Made by a program: the position numbers and the translations under genes. 64,000 bases of DNA from Octopus sinensis (Eukaryota), in assembly GCF_006345805.1 (NCBI RefSeq), contig NC_042998.1, positions 53,196,001-53,260,000 on the forward strand, in the 5' to 3' direction. Each line of letters opens with the position of its first letter. The first letter of the stretch is position 1. This document shows, one piece after another, positions 1-9,828 of the stretch. Below the pieces are notes generated by a model that was not told the origin of the DNA, searched no databases, and worked only from the letters and a program-made list of their open reading frames with translations.

Positions 1-2
1 TG

Positions 3-113
3 GAGGCTTATGTAGATGATATCAGCCCAGATCAGATGTTTTATCTAGAACTTATTAATATTGCTATAGATGAAGAGGCACTAAGTGGTCTTGGTGTAAA
101 TGGAGGTTACCAA
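3..113 (+). CDS. Internal coding exon (5' end lies outside the window) of an unidentified protein gene; EAYVDDISPDQMFYLELINIAIDEEALSGLGVNGGYQ
   Basis: Open, non-repetitive, protein-like frame from base 3 ending CAA|GTGTGT (phase-0 donor at 114), followed by microsatellite-rich intron; joins in frame to the exon at 1243. Confidence 0.75.
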
Positions 114-178
114 GTGTGTGTGTGAATGTATATTATATATATATATATATAAATATGTATACATACATACACAAACAT

Positions 179-212
<34 letters not shown>

Positions 213-573
213 GTATGTATATATGTCACAATATATGGATTCAGGTAATCTGGTAGTACTGATAAAAAAATTTCTTTATGTATCATTCTATAAAACACAT
301 AGAATATATAATATCATACAAGGATTTCTTTCACCTGAGGACATAGCTTAAATACTGCATTGTTTTGAAGGACATTTTTGCATTTTGCATTAATGCAGGC
401 ATGTAAATAACCTATCTATTATTAAATATAATACTATATAGATTATTTATATGTTTTTAAGTTACAGAACAATTTGTTGTGTAATTAGAATTTTCTCATT
501 GTTAAATAAAATTTCATCAAACTATTTCTCTGTCAGTTGTGACTTTATATATATGTATGTATGTATATATATA

Positions 574-1161
574 TACACAAAAATTATTTATCATGGAAAA
601 ATAGCTAGGCATGCAGTGCATGCATTGCATACGTAGACCCTTCCCCCCGGATATATATATATATATATATATATTATCTAATTTAGTTTGATTTGATGCT
701 CTGAAAGTTAAAGTTTCATGAGCCTCTAACAGAAATCTGTCTCTTTGAGGCTTAGATTACTGAATGGAGAAAAACTGTTAGCTCAAGATGTGTGTGAATA
801 TCTCTTTAGCAATATATATATAAGCAATAATAAATCTCTGAACGAGATATAAACAGTAACCGCTCGACAACGTAAGGTGTACTAGCCATCTGAATGTGGC
901 TAGCCACTGGGGGTGGGGTGTTACTGATGCTTTTAGCCCCAGGCGATCAACGTCACCAGATGGACTTTAGACACTATCTCAGTGCCCTTGTGTTATTTGC
1001 AAAGGGAGGTCATCCTCCCTGAAAGACCTAAGTACTACATACGGACTATAGTTTCAAGGTAATTGCCTATATATATATATATATCCGGTGTGAAGGGTCT
1101 ATGTATGCAATGCATGCACTGCATGTCTAGCTATCTTTCCACGATAAATAATTTTAGTGTA
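574..1161. repeat. Long inverted repeat (arms ~574-650 and ~1085-1161) in the last intron
   Basis: aaattatttatcatggaaaaatagctaggcatgcagtgcatgcattgcatacgtagacccttccccccgg is the reverse complement of the 1085-1161 arm with about 7 mismatches; (TA)n borders both arms. Confidence 0.9.
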
Positions 1162-1242
1162 ATATATAATTGATTACTAATAATTTTCACTAGATTCAGT
1201 GTAGTGATATTTATTTTTATTTTGCATTCCTTCATTTCTTAG

Positions 1243-1512
1243 TATGAAGTGTTCAAGAAAAAGAAAGACAAAGGAAAGCAAAGTTTTTACTGCTTGCTTT
1301 CAGTCATAGAAAGAGCAGTGACCAAACAAGAGAAAGAGAGAGAAGGCAGATATTTTGCTGCTTGTCTTTCATCTGTGTTAAGCAGCAGACACATTGTCAA
1401 CTTTTTTTCTCTTGAAGTGCTGTTGTTTTTACTGTCCTGTGCAGCAGAGATCAAAAACTTGCCTATTCGGAAGACTTTTTCTGAGGCTTTCCTCATAGTC
1501 GGACAGATTTAG
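1243..1512 (+). CDS. Terminal coding exon of the same gene; YEVFKKKKDKGKQSFYCLLSVIERAV...KTFSEAFLIVGQI*
   Basis: Strong polypyrimidine tract and acceptor (ttttgcattccttcatttcttag at 1220-1242), phase 0 matching the upstream donor, 89 open codons to TAG at 1510-1512. Protein family not recognised. Confidence 0.75.
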   Translation, partial: YEVFKKKKDKGKQSFYCLLSVIERAVTKQEKEREGRYFAACLSSVLSSRHIVNFFSLEVLLFLLSCAAEIKNLPIRKTFSEAFLIVGQI

Positions 1513-1763
1513 ACAAGAAATATTTAGTCAATTTACAAGTTTCTTTTATTGCTTTCTGATATATTTTGTATGATTATTCAGTACCAAAGAGTACACATTC
1601 TATCTTTTACCTTCAACTTGTTTCAATCGGTAGATTGTGGCCATACTGGGGCACCACCTTAAATAATTTTTAGTCTAATGAATCTAACCCAGTACTTTTT
1701 TTAAAGCCTGGAGCGTATTCTTTTGGTTACTCATGCCGTTACAGGAACATAAATACACCAACA
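1503..1763 (+). repeat. Source copy of a 261-bp segment (stop codon, proximal 3' UTR and old SINE tail) duplicated at 7385-7645
   Basis: Direct comparison shows identity except one substitution (ttattgcttt vs ttattggttt). Confidence 0.95.
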
Positions 1764-1816
1764 CAAGTTGTCAAGCATTGGTGAAGCAAAAACACAAAGC
1801 ACACATACAAACACAT

Positions 1817-1864
<48 letters not shown>

Positions 1865-2093
1865 GGTAGGTCAACAAATAAGACAGCTACAATCAAAACA
1901 AAATCAGTTTATTTATAACTGATAAAGCTAGATCCAAGCAGCACACCCTTCAGTTTCCTTTCACTTCATCAATGCTGGATTTTCCGTCATTTGTAACTGC
2001 AATTGTTTGTAAATCTCTTCTTAGTCATGTTTCTCCTGCAGGCACAAACCCAACAGATATCTTTATTAAACATCAGCTACACCAGTTTCATGA

Positions 2094-2427
2094 AGGTGCA
2101 TGGGTCAGTGGTTAGAGCACCAGACTCACAATCATGAGGTAGTGAGTTTGATTTCTGGTCTGGGCTGTATATTGTGTTTTTGAGCAAGACATTTTATTTC
2201 ACGTTGCTCCTGTTCACTCAGCTGTAAAAATGAGTTTCAACATCATGGGTGCCAAGTTGCATCATTCTTTGCCTTTCTCTTGGATAACATCGGTGGCATG
2301 GAGAGGGGTGGCCTACTCACCTAACCAGTGGGGGTGGCATCATTCATTGGCTAAAAAATGCAAAGCATATTGTGACCTGTGGTATGTAACAGCATCTGAA
2401 AGTCTGGTCGATCACATCATGTGTGAC
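2094..2427 (+). mobile_element. tRNA-derived SINE, family C (other copies at ~9090-9625 interrupted, 26808-26950, 26961-27100, 55150-55372 minus, 58095-58390)
   Basis: A/B-box-like head (tcagtggttagagc...gtttgatttc) followed by the conserved block tgtgttcttgagcaa(g/a)acact...ttgctccagttcactcagctg; several copies in the window. Confidence 0.8.
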
Positions 2428-2859
2428 ATCAGTTTCACCCATCTGGGAAGGCTTACAAACATCATAGATATCGCATTCACTTCTAAAGAACTTATAAACA
2501 GAAAGAAATTAAGACTAAAAATAAAAGAAGAAAATAGCAGATCCTATATAAAATGAAATAAATCTGCTATGATGGATACAACAAAGAGTTCCTGAAAGAT
2601 AAATAGGATGAGATAACATGATGAATGAAGATACCTGAAGTTTATGTATTCAGGTGTTCCTTGCTATTCAGTGTGGATTAACTAAAATTCTTCAAATAGG
2701 CAGACCAAGAAAGTTAGGGATTACATTGCACACCTATTATTGTAAATATGTTTATTAGAAAAGATTGGTTCGTTAACTTTTGTAATGACACCACAAAAAC
2801 AACTTTGGAAGCTTCTAGCTGATGAAGAAACCTCAACTTGATTGAACAATCAACTAGCA

Positions 2860-3245
2860 CAGGTAAGGCTGTGTGGTTGGTTAAGAAGCTTTACTTCCCA
2901 ACCATGTGGTCTTGAGTTCAATTCCACTGTGTGACACGTTAAACAAGCATTTTCTACTAAAGCTTTGCTATGGATTAGAGAAATGGAAAGTGAGAGAAGC
3001 CCATCATGTGTGTGTGTGTGTGTGTACCCTTGTCAAGATATCACATAATGGTGGTAAATGAACATCATCATAAATGTGAAGTTGTTGGCATCTAGTCTGC
3101 CATGAAAATCATGTCTAGCTATGGGAAAATCCTGTCTTGATTGAAAACAGATGAGGGTTGGGGTCAAGAAGGATATCCAGCCATAGAAAATCTACTTCTA
3201 CAAATTCTCTCTGATCCATGCAAGCATGGACGAGTGAGCATTAAA
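2860..3245 (+). mobile_element. SINE with family-A tRNA-like head and RTE-derived 3' tail (related tail or body pieces at ~19215-19450 minus and ~38400-38630)
   Basis: Head ggctgtgtgg...aagaagct...cccaacca, internal (TG)n, tail aagaaggatatccagccatagaaa...ccatgcaagcatgg resembling the RTE 3' ends in this window. Confidence 0.7.
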
Positions 3246-4841
3246 TTATAAAACAAGAAAAAAAAACAATGAATTACTTTAAATCCCAATTTAAAAAGCC
3301 AAAACAAGGCCACACTGGATCACGCCTTCTTGGATACAAGATCTAACAATAAAATAAGATGGAATGTGATGCTCAAAGATCATCTGCTTGATAAGAGCTG
3401 CCCTGGGGTTAAAGAACAACAGTAAAGGATACAATGATCTAAACTTAGTACATATCCAATATTTTGTATCAGCTCAGAACTTGGTCGATATTTGTTTGTG
3501 TCTTAGATTATACTAAGTTACTTTGATTGATGCAACCTCTTCATATGGAGATTTTGGAGAGTTTGAACAATCAATATTTAAGCATTTACCAAACTCAAAT
3601 AGTCTTAAATGGTCATTCTAATATGTAAAATTTTTGATTTATGAAAAATGTTTCTATGTTTTATTCCAGTAATTTGTACCAACACAAGTAACTTAGAAGT
3701 GCTGTCTCTCTGCCTTTGCATCATCCATAGTTTATAGGAGTTATATACTTGTTTCCATCATAGTTTCTCTTTCTCACCTCTTTACATTCACACACCAAAA
3801 TGCAAATGTATCAGTAAAAACAAAGGTGTGTAAAAAAAAAAGAAAATCCCCTAAGGTATAACAACTATGATGATGATGATGATGATTGTGATGATGACAA
3901 TCCAGTATACTGGGACAATTACTTTTTGAAGTCTGACATTTATCACTGTTCCGATAAAATGCCATAACAGTATTGCTTTCGAAACTGGTAAGCTTTTGAG
4001 AAGATTAATGTAAGTCTGCAGATAGTGGGATAATATGGTGAAATCTGAGAAAGGTTAAGAATCATTATAACAAGTAAAGTGGTATCCATGAAGAAAAAGG
4101 TCATTTATGATTAAAAATAAAATAAAATAAAATAAAAACAGTTGAAAAATAAAATATAAATTCTATATAGATATCATCTTGAAGAGATGGCACACTAGTA
4201 ACAGTTTTGATAAGCTCTGGTTAGTTTCATATCCATATTGACTACTAAAGAAAAGCCCAAATATTAATTCATGCTTCTATCAGTAGCAATTTCAAGATTA
4301 ACTATCAAGGCACTTTACTTTCTCTTTCATCTTTCAGTATTTTGTTGGAAAATGAAAATCATCACTAGTCTCAGTTTGTTATTGAACAGTTTTCAGTAGA
4401 GAGGCTGAATAGGGAATTGCTTGTCCTGAGAGCAACATAAGAAAATGGAGTCTATAAGATGGATGTCTGAGAAGCTGGATCAATAAAATAATTTTACAGC
4501 AATATTAAATGTATATGTTCTTATACGCAACTACTTTCTTTTACAGTAGGATTTGTGAACAATTTTTTTTCTTGTATTCTATTGTCAAATCTAGCATCCT
4601 TCTGCAGCATACACACACAAGAAATTATTTCTTGATATCTCTAGATTTTCAGAATCTGAATAGAAAGCATAAGACATTCTGCCTAGACTCATTTAAAAAC
4701 TAATTCAATTATTTGTTCTCAGACTTCCATACTTTTTACCTAGATATTTTTAGCCATAAGGTTACTTCAGAACAAGACTGAATTCAAATAAACACATCTC
4801 ACTCTTTCATGTATGTATATATATATAATATATATATATAT

Positions 4842-4884
<43 letters not shown>

Positions 4885-4981
4885 ACACATATTTATATAT
4901 ATCCAAACTCATATATACATATATATATATTATATATATATACATACACATATTTATATATATCCAAAATTATATATATAT

Positions 4982-5019
<38 letters not shown>

Positions 5020-5365
5020 TGTGTGCAGGCATGGTTGTGTGGTGAAGAAGTTTGTTTTTCTGGCCATGTGATTTCAGGTTCAGTCCCACTGCATGACACC
5101 CTGAGTAAACATCTACTCTAGCCCCAAGTCAGCCAAAGCTTGTGAGTGGATTTGGTAGACAGAAACTAAAAGAAGCCCATCATAAGTATGTGTGTGATTT
5201 TGTGTGTGTGTGTGTGTGCACATATATATTCTCACTCCAGCATCAACCAGTTTCTGTTCATATTCATTAAGAAAATATGAGCCCACAACATAATCATTAA
5301 GTTGTTATCTGACTCGCTAGAAGCACCTCCCAAATTTCAAACCTCCAAATATATATACCCACCTA

Positions 5366-5433
<68 letters not shown>

Positions 5434-5434
<1 letters not shown>

Positions 5435-5576
5435 GGTGCAAGAGTGGCTGTGTGGTAAGAAGCTTGCTTCCAAACCACATGATTTTGGTTCAGTCCCACC
5501 GCGTGGCACCTTGGGCAAGTGTCTTGTTCTATAGCCATGGGCCGATTTGTTAGACTGAAACTGAAAGAAGGCCATC

Positions 5577-5607
<31 letters not shown>

Positions 5608-5780
5608 ATATATATTATATATATATATATATGTATGTATATGTATATATATGTATGTGTGTGTTTGTTATTTGTGTCTGTGTTTGTCCACCCAACCATC
5701 GCTTGACAACCGATGCTGGTGTGTTTACATCCGTCACATGCTCCAGCATGGCCACAGTCAAATTACTGAAACAAGTAAAA
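5434..5780 (+). mobile_element. tRNA-derived SINE, family A (the most abundant repeat in the window)
   Basis: Head tggctgtgtggtaagaagcttgc...ggttcagtcccac, central microsatellite, tail gctccagcatggccacagtcaaat(g)actgaaacaagtaaaa; roughly 25 or more full or partial copies on both strands. Confidence 0.9.
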
Positions 5781-5836
5781 AAAATATGTATATATATATA
5801 TATATATATATATCTATATATATATATATATATATT

Positions 5837-6381
5837 TGAGTAATTGAATGAATTATCTTATTAAGGATAATTCGAAAGATAACCGATACCTGGGTAGCAA
5901 ATTCACATCAGAAAGAACACGGTTGAAGCTATGTCCATAGGGCATAGACTACGTGCCTTCGTGCGGAAAACACATATACACATTAAGACAGTTATATACA
6001 GTCACACACACAGGCACTCATTCACAAAAGAAATCATTTAAACCCACCATTCTTTTGACCTGCACTCTCTCACCTTACTATTCTTATACTTCGTTTGAAC
6101 TCTTGAACCTTTAGAAACTTCTAGATTCTTCTACATTCAGCCACTCTGACGTCACTCATTATAAAGTGACACTCATTATCGCCATGGGCTCCTTGAGAGC
6201 GGTTAGCTAAAAGTTTTTTGTGCATTTTGATGTCGACATAAGTTCCTTGATTTTCCTGATGAGAAATCTGCATAATGTACTCCTTATTCCTTCGGAATTA
6301 GGAATATGCAGCCTTCGAAACATATGTTGAGAATAAAGGATACTTGTTAACTAGTCATTCAACTCCATTCTTTCATATACT
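5837..6381 (+). mobile_element. Small non-coding element embedded in (TA)n and carrying a hammerhead ribozyme (Penelope pLTR-like or retrozyme-like)
   Basis: About 545 bp of unique sequence bounded by (TA)n on both sides; contains several hairpins, a hammerhead at 6244-6340 and an overlapping AATAAA at 6332-6337. Confidence 0.6.
6244..6340 (+). ncRNA. Type I hammerhead ribozyme with minimal palindromic stem III (Penelope-type)
   Basis: Stem I 6244-6255/6329-6340 (11 of 12 pairs); core CTGATGA 6256-6262; stem II closed by G6263-C6316 with CTGCATA/TATGCAG and an apical C(TTCG)G loop; GAAA 6317-6320; stem III palindrome ACATATGT; cleavage triplet GTT 6326-6328. Confidence 0.8.
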
Positions 6382-6507
6382 TATATATATATATATATTA
6401 TATATAATTTAATAACAGTTTGACTCAGCTCTAAATAACTTAAAGTTTCATAGTGAACCTATCTCAGTATCTATAGAAAAGTGTTTTATTGGTATATGTA
6501 TCTCTTA

Positions 6508-6720
6508 AGCTGACGAGCTTGCAGAATTATTAGCACACTGGTTAAAATGCTTAGCATCATTTCATTCATTATTGTTCTGAGTTCAAATTCTGTTGATGTC
6601 AACTTTGCCTTTTATCATTTGAGGTCAATAAAATAAGTACCAGTTGAGCACTGGGGTTGATATAATCAACTTACCCACCTTGCCAAAACTGCTGGCTTTG
6701 TGCTAAAATTTGAAATCAAT
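6508..6720 (+). mobile_element. tRNA-derived SINE, family B (short-tail variant); copies also at ~25080-25270, 38995-39210, 50093-50270, 54113-54330
   Basis: Head gagct(g/t)gcagaa...ttagca, B-box ttctgagttcaaatt, and a degenerate form of the core gcctttcatcctttcggggtcgataaaataagtacc. Confidence 0.8.
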
Positions 6721-6759
6721 ATATGTAACTCTTGCCAAATGTGTTCAGTGCCACCTTCT

Positions 6760-7240
6760 GCATATATGGAAGGAATCTGTGGAAAGGGTAGGCCCAGGAA
6801 GATGTGGGATGAAGTGGTGAGAATGGATCTTCAGATGCTGGGCCTCATTGAGGAGATGACAAGAGACTGGACATGTAATGCTTTGCTGTACTTGAGAAGA
6901 CTCCAGAAGCTAAGTAAAATCATGGCCATCCTTACATACAGGTATGTCCTATGTGTCCATGGCCCCAGCTGAGAGGTCTTTGTCTTGCAGGAGCCAGTCC
7001 CACATGAAATGCACTCATGCTGGTGCCTCATAAGAAGCTCTCATGCTGGCGCCACATGAATGCACCCATGTGGGTGGCATACTAAAGTTGTCCAGCCCAC
7101 TCTGTAAAGTGGTTGGTATTAGGAAGGGCCCCCAGTCATAGAAACCATGCCAAAACAGACAAATGGAGTATGGACAGCTTCTGTCAAACCGTCCAACCCA
7201 TGCCAGCATGGAAAACGGGCATTAAACAATGATAACAATG
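6760..7240 (+). mobile_element. 5'-truncated RTE-clade LINE: C-terminus of ORF2 plus 3' UTR and tail
   Basis: EGICGKGRPRKMWDEVVRMDLQMLGLIEEMTRD matches the RTE C-terminal GRP(R/K)xxW...D motif; followed by the shared 3' UTR ending ccatgccagcatgg and a (GAT/AAC)-type tail. Confidence 0.85.
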
Positions 7241-7269
7241 ATATATATATATATGTGTATATATATGTG

Positions 7270-7324
<55 letters not shown>

Positions 7325-7384
7325 ATATATATAAGTGTAATAAATAAAATATATGCATACATACATACATACATATATGTACGT

Positions 7385-7645
7385 ACAGATTTAGACAAGA
7401 AATATTTAGTCAATTTACAAGTTTCTTTTATTGGTTTCTGATATATTTTGTATGATTATTCAGTACCAAAGAGTACACATTCTATCTTTTACCTTCAACT
7501 TGTTTCAATCGGTAGATTGTGGCCATACTGGGGCACCACCTTAAATAATTTTTAGTCTAATGAATCTAACCCAGTACTTTTTTTAAAGCCTGGAGCGTAT
7601 TCTTTTGGTTACTCATGCCGTTACAGGAACATAAATACACCAACA
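7385..7645 (+). repeat. Ectopic near-identical copy of 1503-1763
   Basis: acagatttagacaagaaatatttagtc...ataaatacaccaaca repeated between two microsatellite tracts. Confidence 0.95.
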
Positions 7646-7659
7646 TGCATATATAAATA

Positions 7660-7990
7660 TATATACGTGAGTACAGGACACCACAAATAGACGTAGAACT
7701 CAACGAGAAACGAAAACAGAAAAACAAGCATGGAACAGACCATTTTTTTACAACGAAAAACAGAGTACAGGACAAACTACACAAGGAAAAATCCCCTTCA
7801 TCAGCTGTCCCTAGTTCAACTCCAGCGTGTTTCGAAGGTAGGACAGAACACGACTCGTCAAACTAGCCCTTCCTGCGAGAGAATTAAATAAAATTACTTC
7901 GCAGAGGGGTAAAAACAAAGAAATGTAACACAAACAGGACGTAAAAACGATACAAATAAAATTACAAAATAAAATACAAGATAAAAATAC
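7660..7990 (-). mobile_element. Small (TA)n-embedded element with partial hammerhead-like motifs; similar layout at ~56830-57290 (plus)
   Basis: Minus strand reads TTGACGAG...cGAAAC-N24-CTGATGA-hairpin-...tgtcctgt; the 57.1 kb element reads GAAAC-N23-CTGATGA-hairpin-...tgtcctgt. A complete fold could not be built. Confidence 0.35.
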
Positions 7991-8029
7991 ATGTATATAT
8001 AAATATATAAAAAAATATAAAGAAAAAAA

Positions 8030-8068
<39 letters not shown>

Positions 8069-8825
8069 TCATCATTATCATGGTGATCATATATATAATG
8101 GAAATATGATGTAAAGTTAAATAATTTTTAACTATCTAGAGCAAACCTTAAACATATTTGTCATTTGATTTTCTTTCCAATATTTAATCAGTAAACACGC
8201 TTTTCTTCTTTTCTTAAGCTATTTATGATGTTCTTGATTTCTCTTCTCACAATAGTAAATATTAGCTCAGTTGTTGTTAAGCACACATTTACTTTACATT
8301 GTTTGTGAATCGGTCTATAAGGACACCATATGAAATGTTATGGGGTAAAATTGCTGATTTGAATACTCTTGGAAAGAAAAAAACTTTTGACCAGTTATTT
8401 TGTAACTTTTGCTTTTACATCAAACATAAAAATTCTACCATGCTTACCATCCACTATCTTTTTGCTATTTTTCTGTCAAACCATTTGTTAAACATAGAAA
8501 GTGTTTGTTTAAATAGAAACAAGCTTCATAGAGGGATGAGTTGTTTTAGAATTCTAATGAAAATCTAATGGTGTGTTGGTTTTCTTTATTTTATTTGGTA
8601 TGGCATCAGTCCAATGGTTGAAACAAGGCCATACCAAATGAAATAACCCTAGTACTATTTTTTTTATTAAGTACTGGTACTTATTCTATTGGTCTCTTTT
8701 GCCAAACTGCTAAGCTACAGTGATGTAGAAAAACCATCACTCTGTGTCAAGCAGTGGTGGAGGACAAATACAAACACTAAAACACACATATGTAGATGTG
8801 TGTGTGTATGTATATCTGTACATAC

Positions 8826-8889
<64 letters not shown>

Positions 8890-8892
<3 letters not shown>

Positions 8893-9828
8893 TGCAGGAG
8901 TGGCTGTGCGGTAAGTAGCTTGCTTACTAACCACATGGTCCTAGGTAAAGTCCCATTGCGTGGCACCTTGGGCAAGTGTTTTCTAATATAGCCTCAGGCC
9001 GCCCGAAGCCTTGTGAGTGGATTTGTTAGACAGAAATGGGAAGAAGCACGTCGTATATGTATATATATATGTATGTGTGTGTATATGTGACCTAGTGGTC
9101 AGGGTGTTGCACTCAATTGTGAGACCATGGATTTGATATCTGGACTAAGTGGTGTGTTGTGTCCTTGAGCAAAATACTTCATTTCATACAGTTCTATATT
9201 TGAGAGATGAGGGATTATGTACATTATTTATATTACACGGATATTTGTCCTCATCTTGTTTGTTGTTAACACAACATTTTGGCTGATATACCTGCCAGCC
9301 TACATCAGGTGTCTTGGGGAAATTGAACCTGGGTTTTCATTCCTAAGGTATTTTTCGATGTTATTATTATCATTGTTATTATTATTATTATTATTATTAT
9401 TGTTCAGATCACTGCTTGGAATCGAACTCGGTATCTTGGGGTTAGTAGTCCATGCTCTTAACCACTATGCCATTGCTCCAATTCACTCAGCTGTAAACGA
9501 GTGACCCTGCAATGGAGTAGCCTTCTAATTAGCAGGAATGTTGGCCTGTTTGCCTGGCTAGCAGGGTGACATCATATGAAAGCTAAAACGATGCACAGTA
9601 CATTGTCGATCATGTGATCACACGATATATATATATATATGTGTGCGTGTAAAAGTTTGTGTGTCTGTGTTTGTCTCCTCAACATTGCTTGACAACCGAA
9701 GCTGGTATGTTTACATACCCTTAACTTAGGCTTACAAAGAATAAGTCCTGGGGTCGATTTGCTCGACTAAAGGCGATGCTCCAGCATGGCCACAGTCAAA
9801 TGACTGAAACAAGTAAAAGAGTAAAGAG
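8890..9828 (+). mobile_element. Three-level nest: SINE A containing SINE C containing a hammerhead-tailed SINE
   Basis: SINE A head 8890-9053 and tail 9660-9828; SINE C halves ~9090-9187 and ~9474-9625 join to the family consensus (catttca..ttgctcca) once 9188-9473 is removed. Confidence 0.8.
9188..9473 (-). mobile_element. tRNA-headed SINE with (AAT)n spacer and a degenerate hammerhead ribozyme in its 3' part
   Basis: Minus strand: A box TGGCATAGTGG (9472-9462), B box GTTCGATTCC (9427-9418), (AAT)n, then gacac-CTGATGTA-GGCTGG..TCAGCC-AAAAT-GTT-gtgtt (9313-9268). Confidence 0.7.

Noticed and set aside
690-770. Hammerhead in GAAACTTTAA-containing inserts (also 6410-6480)
   Set aside because: A stem II-like hairpin is present but there is no CUGANGA core, so it is too degenerate to claim.
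2819-2832. CTGATGAAGAAAC hammerhead-like words
   Set aside because: No room for stem II and no stem I or III pairing.
3851-4044. Minus-strand frame FTILSHYLQTY...VIITIIIIIIVVIP* after an acceptor-like site
   Set aside because: The hydrophobic tail comes from an (ATC)n microsatellite, and there is no partner exon or recognisable homology.
9410-9473. Functional tRNA gene (also the heads at 26808 and 26961)
   Set aside because: A and B boxes are present but there is no complete cloverleaf or acceptor stem; these are SINE heads.
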